A stretch of DNA of 64,000 nt, taken from positions 125,570-189,569 of the forward strand of contig CANSHI010000001.1 of assembly GCA_947646655.1 (NCBI GenBank). Reading direction: 5' to 3'. A program made the translations under genes and the position numbers. The DNA is from an uncultured bacterium (GTDB lineage Bacteria; Bacillota_I; Bacilli_A; RF39; UBA660). A model generated the notes under the pieces. The model had not been told where the DNA came from, did no database searches, and saw only the letters and a list, made by a program, of their open reading frames with translations. The stretch's first letter is position 1, and every line of letters starts with the position of its first letter. This document shows, in pieces, positions 1 to 9,702 of this stretch.

Positions 1-509
1 TTTTCATAGCTTCTACCATTAGTAGAGCCATGTCATAGACTGAACTTTTATTTTCATTTTCTTCATCTAATCCGTGTGGATTTGAAAATGTCGTATTGTT
101 CATGCCTAGCATAAGAGCGGTATCGTTCATCAGTTTTACAAACCCTTCTACACTTCCCGCGGTGTATTTTGCAAGAACTAAGGCAGAATCGTTTCCACTT
201 CTAAGCATAAGTCCATATAGTAAGTCTTCGACAGTCAATTTTTCTTTAGGCTTAATATAAATTGAGCTTCCATAAGCTTTTAAAACTTCATCGCCAACAG
301 TGACCTCGCTTTTTATATTTTGTACATTATTTAGTACGACTAAAGCAGTCATGATTTTCGTTGTCGAAGCGATTAGATACTTGGAATCTTGATCTTGACT
401 ATAAAGAACTCGACCCGAATCAGCATCCATTACTACGGCGGCAGAATATGCTTTCGGCGACATTATAAATATTAAAAAACAGAGACAAAACAGTATTACT
501 TTCTTCATA
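1..509 (-). CDS. D-alanyl-D-alanine carboxypeptidase (peptidase S11, DacA-like), N-terminal part; gene continues beyond window start
   Basis: The minus-strand translation from the ATG at 507-509 gives a signal peptide followed by AAVVMDADSGRVLYSQDQDSKYLIASTTKIMT (SxxK active-site motif) and then SGND. There is no stop codon before the window edge. Confidence 0.7.
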
Positions 510-657
510 AAAATCACTAGTTAATCTTATGTATGATTCTTTAATTTATTTCACATTTACTAATTAATTGGTAATTTTTACCTCCAAAATATACGTAATA
601 CGTATATTTGGCCATGTCTTTTTTATTTTTTTGATAAATTGTATACGTGATGCGTAT

Positions 658-903
658 ATGATAATTGAACGAATTAAAGATATTAGAGAAGATAGAGATT
701 ATGGCCAAAAGGATATAGCAGATCTTTTACATGTCACTCAAGCTCAATATTCTAGGTATGAACTTGGTATAAATATTATTCCTGTAGAAAAAATTTGTAT
801 TTTAGCAGATTTTTATAATACGTCTGTCGATTATTTATTAGGTAGAACTGATGAGGTTAAACCTTATTCTAGAAGTACATTGCTTCCCGATAAGGTCAAA
901 TGA
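658..903 (+). CDS. XRE-family helix-turn-helix transcriptional regulator (the track ORF 568-903 is probably N-extended)
   Basis: MIIERIKDIREDRDYGQKDIADLLHVTQAQYSRYELGINIIPVEKICILADFYNTSVDYLLGRTDE is a classic Cro/CI-type HTH. The upstream 30 codons are hydrophobic and low-complexity. Confidence 0.55.
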   Translation: MIIERIKDIREDRDYGQKDIADLLHVTQAQYSRYELGINIIPVEKICILADFYNTSVDYLLGRTDEVKPYSRSTLLPDKVK

Positions 904-967
904 GAAACTGTTTAATCAGTTTTTTTATGCAAACAAAAATTTCTTAGTAGCTAAGAAATTTTTTATT

Positions 968-2533
968 TTAAGCATCAATACCATTTTCTCTAAAAGGATT
1001 AGTCATTGTCCCGTCTCCAATTAAAGTATTTACATAATCTGCACTCAGTGAGATAACTGGAGCTATGCCAATCATACTAGTAGCTGTAAAAGCTTCTAGT
1101 CGTCCGTCATTGATAGTAAATATGGTAGGAGAACTACCTATCAAACTACAAGGCGATAAAGTCCAAAATAAATATAAAGCTCCATTATACAGGTAATAAC
1201 TATTATTTGTTGTTTCATAATTTCCTCCTCCTGCCACAACTTCATCTGCTGTTATTAATCCTACCTTCTCTCCTAATTTTCCATTTCCTCTCTCTGTATC
1301 TTCTTTTGTAAATGCATCATTTTTCTGATCACATGTAAATTTAGGCTGTACTTTATTTACATCAGTATTCCACACATTACTTCTCGCTGTTACCCCATAT
1401 CCTGTTTTATTCGTTCCATATCCTAATCCCGTGTCATCACTCCACCCCGTTGCTTCTTTCCCTGGTGTTGTTCTATCATTACAAAATATATTATCACTTA
1501 CAAACTCATCATAGCCTTTATCTGCTATATTTGTTTTATACCAATTCTCTGTCGCCGTCTTTATATCCGAATTTACAGTATTAGTTTGGGCTTCTTCTTT
1601 ATTTGTAGAAGGACCGTTTTCAGGGCTAAACATGTACCCTGCATACTTCGCATCATTTATACCTGAATTATATATTTGATCTATTTGCACTAGCCTATCT
1701 GCACTACTTGACCCATTTACATGAGCCTGTGTTCCGTTATATATTACTCGAAGTGACCCATCGCCATTTATCCTAATTATTCTCCAATAAAATCCTGCAA
1801 ACTTTACATAGTTATCTTCAGTTGCTCCTCTATAGTAATAACTTGTTCCATAGTCGTCTTCCATTGCATATAATCCATCTGCTGTCTCATCACTCGTCGC
1901 GGTGGCTGCAAAATTTGGAATGTCTTCTTTGACTGTTTTATTTAATTTAGCTAAAGTTTTTTCTGTTGGTGTCGGATCTTTTAGTATTCCTTCTGTTATT
2001 TTAAATTGTGTCTCTAACTTTGCATTTAGATCTTCTGTCTGATCAAAATCTGTATAGTTTAAAGTTATTATGAGCTTATAATATTTTTTTACTCCCGCTG
2101 GGATCTTTATTCCACTTACTAGACCTTTGTCTTTCGTCTCTTTTGACACTGGAATATTTTTATTTGAAACTATTTCAGTAAACTCTCCATCTTCTGTATC
2201 AGACTCTAAAAAAGTATACGTCATAGATCCTTCTAAGTAGGTGTTTAACAAATTCATCCAACTGACACTTACTACTCCGTCTTTTGTTCCAGTATTCTCT
2301 ATTGTAAAAGTTTTCTCTGCACTCTCTCCAAAGTCTAATTCTCTATTGAATCCATTAGTCCCATCACTAAATATTAATTCCATTGTTCCAGTTTGTACTT
2401 TCACTTCTTGATTTTTATTTTGACCAAGCTGTCCTATAAAATATGCGTACGAACCTAAGAAGCCGACTAGTATTAGGGCACATGCTAATAGTCCAATTAT
2501 TACACCCTTTTTTACATTTTTATTTTTTTTCAT
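968..2533 (-). CDS. Secreted TasA/camelysin-like protein, paralogue 1: SipW-cognate-class signal peptide (…SYAYF…QTGTMELIFSDG) plus a roughly 330-aa conserved C-terminal domain of unknown function
   Basis: The N-terminus is K-rich, then a hydrophobic helix, then SYAYF, a TIGR04088-like pattern. The TasA-like region continues through FGESAEKTFTIENTG. The C-terminal domain is shared with 33143-35065 and 42161-43714 (YGTSYYYRGATEDNYVKFAGFYWRIIRINGDGSLR…FCNDR…KNDAFT…GLITADEVVAGG…APVISL…GDGTMTNPF). RBS gaaggga; sigma-A-like promoter at 2570-2600. Confidence 0.8.
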   Translation of the reverse strand: MKKNKNVKKGVIIGLLACALILVGFLGSYAYFIGQLGQNKNQEVKVQTGTMELIFSDGTNGFNRELDFGESAEKTFTIENTGTKDGVVSVSWMNLLNTYLEGSMTYTFLESDTEDGEFTEIVSNKNIPVSKETKDKGLVSGIKIPAGVKKYYKLIITLNYTDFDQTEDLNAKLETQFKITEGILKDPTPTEKTLAKLNKTVKEDIPNFAATATSDETADGLYAMEDDYGTSYYYRGATEDNYVKFAGFYWRIIRINGDGSLRVIYNGTQAHVNGSSSADRLVQIDQIYNSGINDAKYAGYMFSPENGPSTNKEEAQTNTVNSDIKTATENWYKTNIADKGYDEFVSDNIFCNDRTTPGKEATGWSDDTGLGYGTNKTGYGVTARSNVWNTDVNKVQPKFTCDQKNDAFTKEDTERGNGKLGEKVGLITADEVVAGGGNYETTNNSYYLYNGALYLFWTLSPCSLIGSSPTIFTINDGRLEAFTATSMIGIAPVISLSADYVNTLIGDGTMTNPFRENGIDA

Positions 2534-2569
2534 AGTTATTAAACATTCCCTTCAGTATATCCTATACTC

Positions 2570-2600
2570 ATTATATCACCCCCTTTCCAGGTGATGTCAA
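2570..2600 (-). promoter_or_regulatory. Sigma-A-type promoter of paralogue 1: TTGACA, 19-nt spacer containing G5, tgaTATAAT (extended -10)
   Basis: The minus strand reads cTTGACAtcacctggaaagggggtgaTATAATgagtatagg, about 37 nt upstream of the ATG. It is homologous to the promoter at 43751-43783, where the G-run is 11 nt. Confidence 0.5.
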
Positions 2601-2681
2601 GGGTGAGTGTTAATTCCAAAGTAAAATGAGGGAATATTTATTAAAACAAAATAAAAAAAGAAATACAAATGTATAACTTTT

Positions 2682-5129
2682 TTAGTCGACATCTGTTCTC
2701 GAAAGAATTTGAGCAGGTGTTTTCTTAATGGTCTGTCTGATTGGTAATAATCCTATAATGATGTTTAAACCATAGATGAGAATCAAACTTACTAAAATAA
2801 CAGCTGTATTCATAACATAAAATCCATTAAAGAAAGAGATTTTAGTTATTTCATTCATTATGCTAATCATAAGAATGGCTCCTGGAAGACCTGCTATAGT
2901 TGTTATAACAAGAATTTCCCCTAAGAACATTTTGTATATATCGGTTTTTTTAGTTCCAATAGCTCGGTAAATACCGATTTCTTTTATTCTCGATAAGAAA
3001 GATGCCCTTATCATTAGAAATATCTCGATAAACGAAATGGCTAATAAAATACCAGCGACTATAAGTGATTCAGTAATATTATCTTTAACTTGACTGATAT
3101 ATTCTTCACGAGCCTTGTTATAAGAATCGAGAGCATAATAGCCAGCGTTTTGCAATGTTTCGATGGTGTTTTCTTTTTGATCTGAATAAATTGTCATACC
3201 ACTATTCGATACTATTGTATTTATTTTATAAGTATTAGCACTTACATAATATTTATTGTCTTCTTTTGCTGAAGAGTAATAACCGACAACTTTTAGTTTT
3301 TTATTGTTAACTTTTGTAGATATTGTTTTATTTAAAGGCATAAAATCTCTGTTGTTGATGTTAACTATAACTTCATAATCGTTTTTAGGTTTTCTACCTC
3401 TTTTGATTTTGATATCGTCTTTATATAAGTCGTAATTGTAAACGGGGTCTGTTATGGAATCATTTGTTTCGTTAAATCGTGGTTCGATGTAGTCAACGCC
3501 ATTTTCTTTGTTGGTTGCGATTAAATTTATTAAACTTTCTCTTTTGGTATATGTGCTTGGACTATTAGAGTCTACAATACCAACTATTATGAGATCCATA
3601 GAACCAACTTTAACTTTTAAATCTAAATAATCTTCATATTCGTTTAAGTTTAACATTTTTAGTTCCATCGATGTTTTCTTAGCATAATCAATAGTCATCT
3701 TATCTAAAACGATTTCATTTTCTCTAGCGGGCAATCTTCCTAATAGCACGTGTGATTCGTTTAAAATTGATTCGTCTGCTAATGAAGTTTGGAATTGAGG
3801 CGTAATGTTTTTAAACTGATAAAGGCGATCATTGTTAACTTGAATATTAATAGTGGAATTGCCTGGAATAATATAGTTAACTATTGGGTTGTTTTCTAAG
3901 GCTAAGTATTCCTCGAGATCGTTTTTGTTGTTTTCGATTTGAATATATTCTCTGTTGATAGTTAGAAAATTACTGTCTTTAATGTTAGTAACACCAAATA
4001 TATTAGATATTCCATAAACTATGAACATTGCTGAAATAAAGAAACCAATTAACAATATTTTTTTCATCAAAGTATAACCAAATACTTTTTTTATACCCGT
4101 TTTAAGCATCGTGTAAATATTATAAATCGATGTATAACGCAGTTTGTATTTTTGATTGTCTAACATTTTTAAATCAAAATTATTGCTCTCATAGTCGTCT
4201 TTAGTTATTTTTTTATAATTGTCATCTATGAGCTCAATAGCACTTGTATCGTCTATGACTTCTATTTTATTAAAGTTTTTACTTTGAATATATATGTTGT
4301 TATTTTTAAAAACGATATCTAATTTTATTTTGTCTTTGGTATCAGAATAAATGTTTATTTCATTATCATTTGAATTGATCGCTTCTTTATTTTTGAAATC
4401 TTTTAAATAGATTTTGTTGTCTATTCGGTAATCGAGTTCGTTTTCATGGGTATTATCTTCATCAGATAAAATATGACCGTCTTCTAAATTTACTATTCTA
4501 GAAGCATAGAAGTTTGCCAAGTCTTTTTCGTGAGTAACTAAAATGACCAGTTTACTTTTAGAAATGGACTTTATAATGTTCATTATTTCGATCGTATTTT
4601 TTGAGTCTAAATTTCCAGTTGGTTCATCAGCGATTATAAGATCGGGATTTTTTACTAGGGCTCTTGCTATACCTACTCTTTGTCTTTGACCACCTGATAA
4701 CATGCCTGCTGGTTTATTTCGGTATCTATAAAGACCTATCGTTTCTAACAAATAGTTTACACGTTTTTTTATTTCAAAACGATTTTTAATGCCGATCATT
4801 TTAAGCGATAAAGCGACGTTTTCATATACAGTTAGGTTATCTAAGAGATTATAGTTTTGGAAAATATAGCCGATGTTCATTACTCTCATTTTATCTTTTT
4901 TATAAGATCCTATTTTTGGCATTTTTTTGCCATTTATATAAATTTTACCTGAATTAATTTTGTCAAGACCACCTATTGCGTTTAGTAATGTCGTTTTACC
5001 ACATCCACTCGGACCTAGAAGTGCTACTAAACCAGAATTTGGAAATTCTAATGACATATTGTCGATGACATGTATTTGATTTTTTTTGTGTCTAAAGAAA
5101 TATTTGTTAACTTTTTCTATTTTTAACAT
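2682..5129 (-). CDS. ABC transporter, fused ATPase + FtsX-like permease (MacB-type), 815 aa
   Basis: Walker A GPSGCGKTT, signature LSGGQRQRVGIARAL, Walker B IIADEPTGNLD. The C-terminal half is hydrophobic with an FtsX-like TM region after a large extracytoplasmic loop. Confidence 0.85.
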   Translation of the reverse strand: MLKIEKVNKYFFRHKKNQIHVIDNMSLEFPNSGLVALLGPSGCGKTTLLNAIGGLDKINSGKIYINGKKMPKIGSYKKDKMRVMNIGYIFQNYNLLDNLTVYENVALSLKMIGIKNRFEIKKRVNYLLETIGLYRYRNKPAGMLSGGQRQRVGIARALVKNPDLIIADEPTGNLDSKNTIEIMNIIKSISKSKLVILVTHEKDLANFYASRIVNLEDGHILSDEDNTHENELDYRIDNKIYLKDFKNKEAINSNDNEINIYSDTKDKIKLDIVFKNNNIYIQSKNFNKIEVIDDTSAIELIDDNYKKITKDDYESNNFDLKMLDNQKYKLRYTSIYNIYTMLKTGIKKVFGYTLMKKILLIGFFISAMFIVYGISNIFGVTNIKDSNFLTINREYIQIENNKNDLEEYLALENNPIVNYIIPGNSTINIQVNNDRLYQFKNITPQFQTSLADESILNESHVLLGRLPARENEIVLDKMTIDYAKKTSMELKMLNLNEYEDYLDLKVKVGSMDLIIVGIVDSNSPSTYTKRESLINLIATNKENGVDYIEPRFNETNDSITDPVYNYDLYKDDIKIKRGRKPKNDYEVIVNINNRDFMPLNKTISTKVNNKKLKVVGYYSSAKEDNKYYVSANTYKINTIVSNSGMTIYSDQKENTIETLQNAGYYALDSYNKAREEYISQVKDNITESLIVAGILLAISFIEIFLMIRASFLSRIKEIGIYRAIGTKKTDIYKMFLGEILVITTIAGLPGAILMISIMNEITKISFFNGFYVMNTAVILVSLILIYGLNIIIGLLPIRQTIKKTPAQILSRTDVD

Positions 5130-5131
5130 GG

Positions 5132-7354
5132 TTACACTTCCTCTCTATAAGTACTCATGACAGAGTCTTTAAACAATTTATGAGCATAACGAGTGCTTAT
5201 TAGAAGACTCATGAATACTAAGATTATGTAGATTAATAAGTAGTCTTTTAGACTGAAATAAGAGATTAGGTTTTGAATGTATTCGACTTTGATAATGCTT
5301 AAAGTGTTTAATAAAATTAAAACTATAAATAATAAATATGCTAGATTGACATCTGCGACTAGTTCTATGCTCAATAGTTCTGCGGCTTGCTTTTTAGTAG
5401 ATCCTAGTATTCTGATAGTTGAATAGTAAACATTTCTAGATTTTAAAATTATTTTAATAATAAAGTATGATATAAAGAATAATGCAATTGTTGCAATGAT
5501 GAAGACGACATAACGGATTATTCTCATGACACCTAGTAGTTCGTTTTCACTTGAAAGTGCTTCTTTCATATAAAACGTGTTATAACCGAGTTTTTTTATT
5601 GTTTCGATCGTCTCTTTGTCATTATGCAAGTCATCTATAAAGGCACTTATTTGAAAGTGACCATGATTGTAAAGTTTATTGTAATCATTTTCACTTATAA
5701 ATATTTTATTGGCATGGTTTTCGAAATTTTTTAGGCCTGTTGCATTTCTAAAGTTATCTTTGTTGAGCATTTTGCTGATGCGAAAAGATGCTGTATCTTC
5801 ATAGTATATATTTTTAACACTTAACTTTAAATTTTTACCACGACAGTAGTAGTAACTACAGTATGAGTTTAAACCTTCAAAAGCATAAGCCTGCCCGTCT
5901 TTGACGTTTTTATTAGGTTCAACTTGGAAATATAATGAAGATCCTATTTGTGGATAAATTTTGTTATTAATTTTCATTTCTATTTCACTATAGTTTACTC
6001 CAAAACTGACTTTGAGCTTGTCGATGATCTCATTTGGTAAATAGATGGTGAAATTATCGAAATGAACATTTTCTGTATTTTCATAAATTATACCACTTAT
6101 GACTACTTTAGTAAGTGATTCACCTGTATATGAGTCGATTAACTTGAGGGTTCTTCCAATTAGTCTGTCTTGGCTAGCAGAGAATTGGTAGGAGTTTTTA
6201 TTACCTGAAATTACGATTCCATTTGCTAAGTCTTTTGGTAAAGTTCCTTCATCTACTTCAGTTATAGATTCTAATCTTTTAACTTTACCAAATAAATATA
6301 ATTCATCATCGGTGATTGAAGTTTGAAGGTCTAATAGTAGATCTTCTTTTTCGACTGATTTGATGTTATCTATATTTTTGATTTGTTCTATTTCTTCTTC
6401 TGTGAAAGCTGATTTATCGGGTTTGTTAATGATAAGACGTTCAGGGCTTGTTTCTTGGAAATAATAGTTGTTTCCTGCCAATCCTTCATTAAATTTTTGA
6501 CTTTCTAAACTAGAATATACTGAAAACACCAAAAATGTAAGAAAAAAGTAGACTGTTAGTAAAAGAATGAATTTGCTTTTGATATTAAATACATTTCTTA
6601 AACCTATTCGAATTTTATTCAATATCGTAATGTTTCCAGGTTTAAGTGGTTCTGCTTTAATTTCTTTTACTTGTTTGATCTTTTTATCTTCGATAATGCG
6701 ACCATCACTCATGGTGATTTTTCTAGTAGTATATTCGCTTACTTGTTCATAGTTGTGAGTTACAATAACAACTAACTTGGTAGAAGATATTTCACTTAGT
6801 AATTTCATTATAGAACGGGCACTTTTGACATCTAAATTTCCAGTCGGTTCGTCTGCGACGATGATCGGAGTATCTTTAGCAAGGGCACGTGCTATTGCAA
6901 CTCTCTGTTTTTGGCCTCCTGAAAGTTTAGAAGCTTTAGTATTTTTAAATTTTTCTAAGCCAACTGTTTTTATAATGTCTAAGACTTGGTCTTTAATGTC
7001 CTGCTTTTTATAGCCATTTAAAAGAAGGACGAGCTCGATATTTTGGTATACTGTATAGCTATTTATGAGGTTAAAATGCTGAAAAATATTTCCGATGTAT
7101 TTACGACGATAGTTTTCATAGTCTTGCTCGGTGTAGTGACTTGTTTCTTCTCCATTTATATACATTTCCCCTTCTTCATAAGAGTCAAGTCCTGAGATAA
7201 CATTTAGAAGTGTCGATTTACCAGAGCCTGATTCTCCAGTGATGACTACAAATTCTCCCATTTCTAATTCGAGGTTTATTTTGTTAAAACCACTCGAAAT
7301 ATTTTTTTTGTTTTGATAAAACTTTGATACATTATTTAATCTGATCATACTCAT
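5132..7354 (-). CDS. ABC transporter, fused ATPase + FtsX-like permease (MacB-type), 740 aa; tandem partner of 2682-5129
   Basis: GESGSGKSTLLN, LSGGQKQRVAIARAL, VADEPTGNLD; C-terminal TM segments. Only a 2-nt gap to the downstream gene and a 1-nt overlap with the upstream TtcA-like gene. Confidence 0.85.
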   Translation of the reverse strand: MSMIRLNNVSKFYQNKKNISSGFNKINLELEMGEFVVITGESGSGKSTLLNVISGLDSYEEGEMYINGEETSHYTEQDYENYRRKYIGNIFQHFNLINSYTVYQNIELVLLLNGYKKQDIKDQVLDIIKTVGLEKFKNTKASKLSGGQKQRVAIARALAKDTPIIVADEPTGNLDVKSARSIMKLLSEISSTKLVVIVTHNYEQVSEYTTRKITMSDGRIIEDKKIKQVKEIKAEPLKPGNITILNKIRIGLRNVFNIKSKFILLLTVYFFLTFLVFSVYSSLESQKFNEGLAGNNYYFQETSPERLIINKPDKSAFTEEEIEQIKNIDNIKSVEKEDLLLDLQTSITDDELYLFGKVKRLESITEVDEGTLPKDLANGIVISGNKNSYQFSASQDRLIGRTLKLIDSYTGESLTKVVISGIIYENTENVHFDNFTIYLPNEIIDKLKVSFGVNYSEIEMKINNKIYPQIGSSLYFQVEPNKNVKDGQAYAFEGLNSYCSYYYCRGKNLKLSVKNIYYEDTASFRISKMLNKDNFRNATGLKNFENHANKIFISENDYNKLYNHGHFQISAFIDDLHNDKETIETIKKLGYNTFYMKEALSSENELLGVMRIIRYVVFIIATIALFFISYFIIKIILKSRNVYYSTIRILGSTKKQAAELLSIELVADVNLAYLLFIVLILLNTLSIIKVEYIQNLISYFSLKDYLLIYIILVFMSLLISTRYAHKLFKDSVMSTYREEV

Positions 7355-7355
7355 T

Positions 7356-8183
7356 TTACATTATCCTTTCTTCAAAAATGTCTTTAAAGTCTTTGTTATT
7401 GTCTTTATATTTGAATCCTAAAATACATTCTAGATTGACGTTTTCCATCGATTTAAATATATTGTGTGGAATGTTTTCATCGATTTTACTTAATTTTTTT
7501 ATTAAGTTTTTAATTTCTAATCTTTTACTATTTTCATATTCTTTGCTTTTTGTGAAATCACAGGCACAGCCCGTAAACTCTAGTGAGTTATATTTAGTCC
7601 ACCTTATGATATTGTCTTCTCTTATTAAAAACATAGGACGAATGAGTTCGAGTCCTTTAAAATTCGAGCTTTTGACTTTAGGGACCATAGTTTTAATTTC
7701 GGCACCATATAGCATAGAAAGCAATGTAGTCTCTATACAGTCGTCAAAGTGATGTCCAAGTGCAATTTTATTACAGCCAAATTCGGTTGCTTTATCGTAT
7801 AAATAACCTCTTCTCATTCGAGCGCACATGTAACATGGACTTTCGGCTGCAATCTTTTTAACTACTGGAAAAATGTCTGTCTTAAATATTTCTATGTTTA
7901 AATTTAAAATACGAGCATTTTCTTCAATTTTTAAGAGTGTCTGTTCATCGTATCCTGGATCCATGACGACATATTTAAGTTCAAATTTAAATTTACCATG
8001 AATGGACAGCTCTTCTAAAAGTTTGGCCATTAAAAAGGAATCTTTTCCCCCAGACATACAAACCATAATAATATCATTTTCTTTTATAAGGTCGTAGTCT
8101 GTAACAGCTTTCATAAATGGTCGCCAAAGTTCTTTGCGATATGTTTTGATGATACTTCTTTCGATACTTTTATGTCTTTCCAT
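7356..8183 (-). CDS. ttcA: PP-loop ATPase, TtcA-like tRNA 2-thiocytidine synthetase family
   Basis: CMSGGKDS PP-loop, conserved Cys motifs (CYMCARMRRG, CACDF). Family assignment is by motif only. Confidence 0.6.
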   Translation of the reverse strand: MERHKSIERSIIKTYRKELWRPFMKAVTDYDLIKENDIIMVCMSGGKDSFLMAKLLEELSIHGKFKFELKYVVMDPGYDEQTLLKIEENARILNLNIEIFKTDIFPVVKKIAAESPCYMCARMRRGYLYDKATEFGCNKIALGHHFDDCIETTLLSMLYGAEIKTMVPKVKSSNFKGLELIRPMFLIREDNIIRWTKYNSLEFTGCACDFTKSKEYENSKRLEIKNLIKKLSKIDENIPHNIFKSMENVNLECILGFKYKDNNKDFKDIFEERIM

Positions 8184-8390
8184 GATACACCTCTTTTCGA
8201 CATGTTTAGCGTATCATAAAGTTAAATTTTATGCAACTTTCTAAAAAAGCATTTTTAGCCGTTAAAAAGACATTTTGTCAAAAAATAAATGGCAAAAAGT
8301 AAGCTTTAATTGTAATATACCATTTTTTGAACAATAAAAAAGAAAGTTTGTCAAAATATTTCCTTTCTTTGTAGTAAAATGCATGTTTTT

Positions 8391-9089
8391 TTAGTTTACA
8401 CTTATTTTGTCAATTATATTTTGAAAAACTACTTCTAATTCCCCTATTTGACTATTTGTAAGAGGATCAAAAGGGCTTTGATTTTCGTCTAGTTCTACAG
8501 AACCATTATGAGCTTCCATGATAAATCCTTCTTGTACTCCTACTACGAGAGGAACATATAATCGTTTTTCTCCAGCTTCATATTCTATGCCATTTTCATC
8601 TGTGACAATGTAGTCCTCCAAATAGTTATTTAATAAACTAAGCAATTCAAAGTATGATGCCTCCGCCGACTTTGATTGTATTGCTCTACCATCTTCAACT
8701 TTGTATTCGTCTCTCAAATTGGTCATATCGAGATAATATAGCTCAGTTAAATTGGATTTTTCTACTGTATTTAAAAGTGTTGGCAAAATTCCACGGCAAT
8801 ATGGACAGTTTGGAAAACCAAAGTATATTAGACCTGTCTTATTTTCTAATATGTCGATAGCTTCTTCGATAGTAACATTTTTTACTTTATTTTTTTTCTT
8901 AATTTTTAGTTTTTGATATTTGTGAGTATCATCCGCTTTTTTATTGTTATAGCTTTCATAACTACGTTTAAATTTAGCTCCATCTGTATTGTTTGTGATT
9001 AAGCTAGTAATAGTGATTATTAGAATGATACTAAATAATAAAAAAGAAGCTAATAAAAGTATTCTCTTGCCTTTTTTACTAAGTTTCAA
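8391..9089 (-). CDS. Membrane-anchored thioredoxin-fold protein (CPYC motif), resembling bacteriocin-transport accessory proteins
   Basis: N-terminal TM helix; FGFPNCPYCRGILP CxxC in a thioredoxin-like context. Confidence 0.5.
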   Translation of the reverse strand: MKLSKKGKRILLLASFLLFSIILIITITSLITNNTDGAKFKRSYESYNNKKADDTHKYQKLKIKKKNKVKNVTIEEAIDILENKTGLIYFGFPNCPYCRGILPTLLNTVEKSNLTELYYLDMTNLRDEYKVEDGRAIQSKSAEASYFELLSLLNNYLEDYIVTDENGIEYEAGEKRLYVPLVVGVQEGFIMEAHNGSVELDENQSPFDPLTNSQIGELEVVFQNIIDKISVN

Positions 9090-9094
9090 TATAC

Positions 9095-9634
9095 TTACAC
9101 CTCCATAAGTTCTGCTTCTTTTTCTTTGATTTTATCTTCGACGATTTTATTGTATTTATTAATCAATTCTTGAACGTCTTCTAATAAACCTTTTTCTTCA
9201 TCTTCTGGAAGTTCTTCTTTTTTAATTTGTGTATTAGCATCTTGTCTTGCATTTCGAAGAGCAATTTTAGCATCTTCTCCTATACTTTTAGCTTGTTTTA
9301 CGTATTCTCTTCTTCTGTCTTCTGTAAGTTCAGGTAAAGTAAGGATAATCATTTCTCCATTGTTAGTAGGATTAATTCCTAAATTGGCTTCTTGTATAGC
9401 TTTTTCAATATCTTTTAAAGTGCTTTTATCGAATGGTTTTATAAAAAGTTGTCTCGCTTCAGGCACAGTTATGTTTGCCACACTTTGTATATCTGTTGGA
9501 GTACCATAGTACTCAACCATAATACCTTGTAGCATACTTGGATTAGCTCTTCCAGCACGAACTTGTGTAAGACGTTTTTCTAAATTTTCTACTACTTCCT
9601 CCATTTTTAGTTCTGTATTTTCTACATAATTCAT
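9095..9634 (-). CDS. frr: Ribosome recycling factor
   Basis: LTQVRAGRANPSMLQGIMVEYYGTPT…ITVPEAR…NLGINPTNNGEMI is diagnostic of Frr. Confidence 0.9.
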   Translation of the reverse strand: MNYVENTELKMEEVVENLEKRLTQVRAGRANPSMLQGIMVEYYGTPTDIQSVANITVPEARQLFIKPFDKSTLKDIEKAIQEANLGINPTNNGEMIILTLPELTEDRRREYVKQAKSIGEDAKIALRNARQDANTQIKKEELPEDEEKGLLEDVQELINKYNKIVEDKIKEKEAELMEV

Positions 9635-9702
9635 ATTTTAAAATTCACCTTTTCCTTGATATAATTATATAAAAAAAAAGACTATGAAGTCAATATTTTA
9701 TT

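Noticed and set aside
6567-7013. Plus-strand ORFs 6567-6752 and 6777-7013
   Set aside because: They are embedded antisense in the ABC transporter gene 5132-7354.
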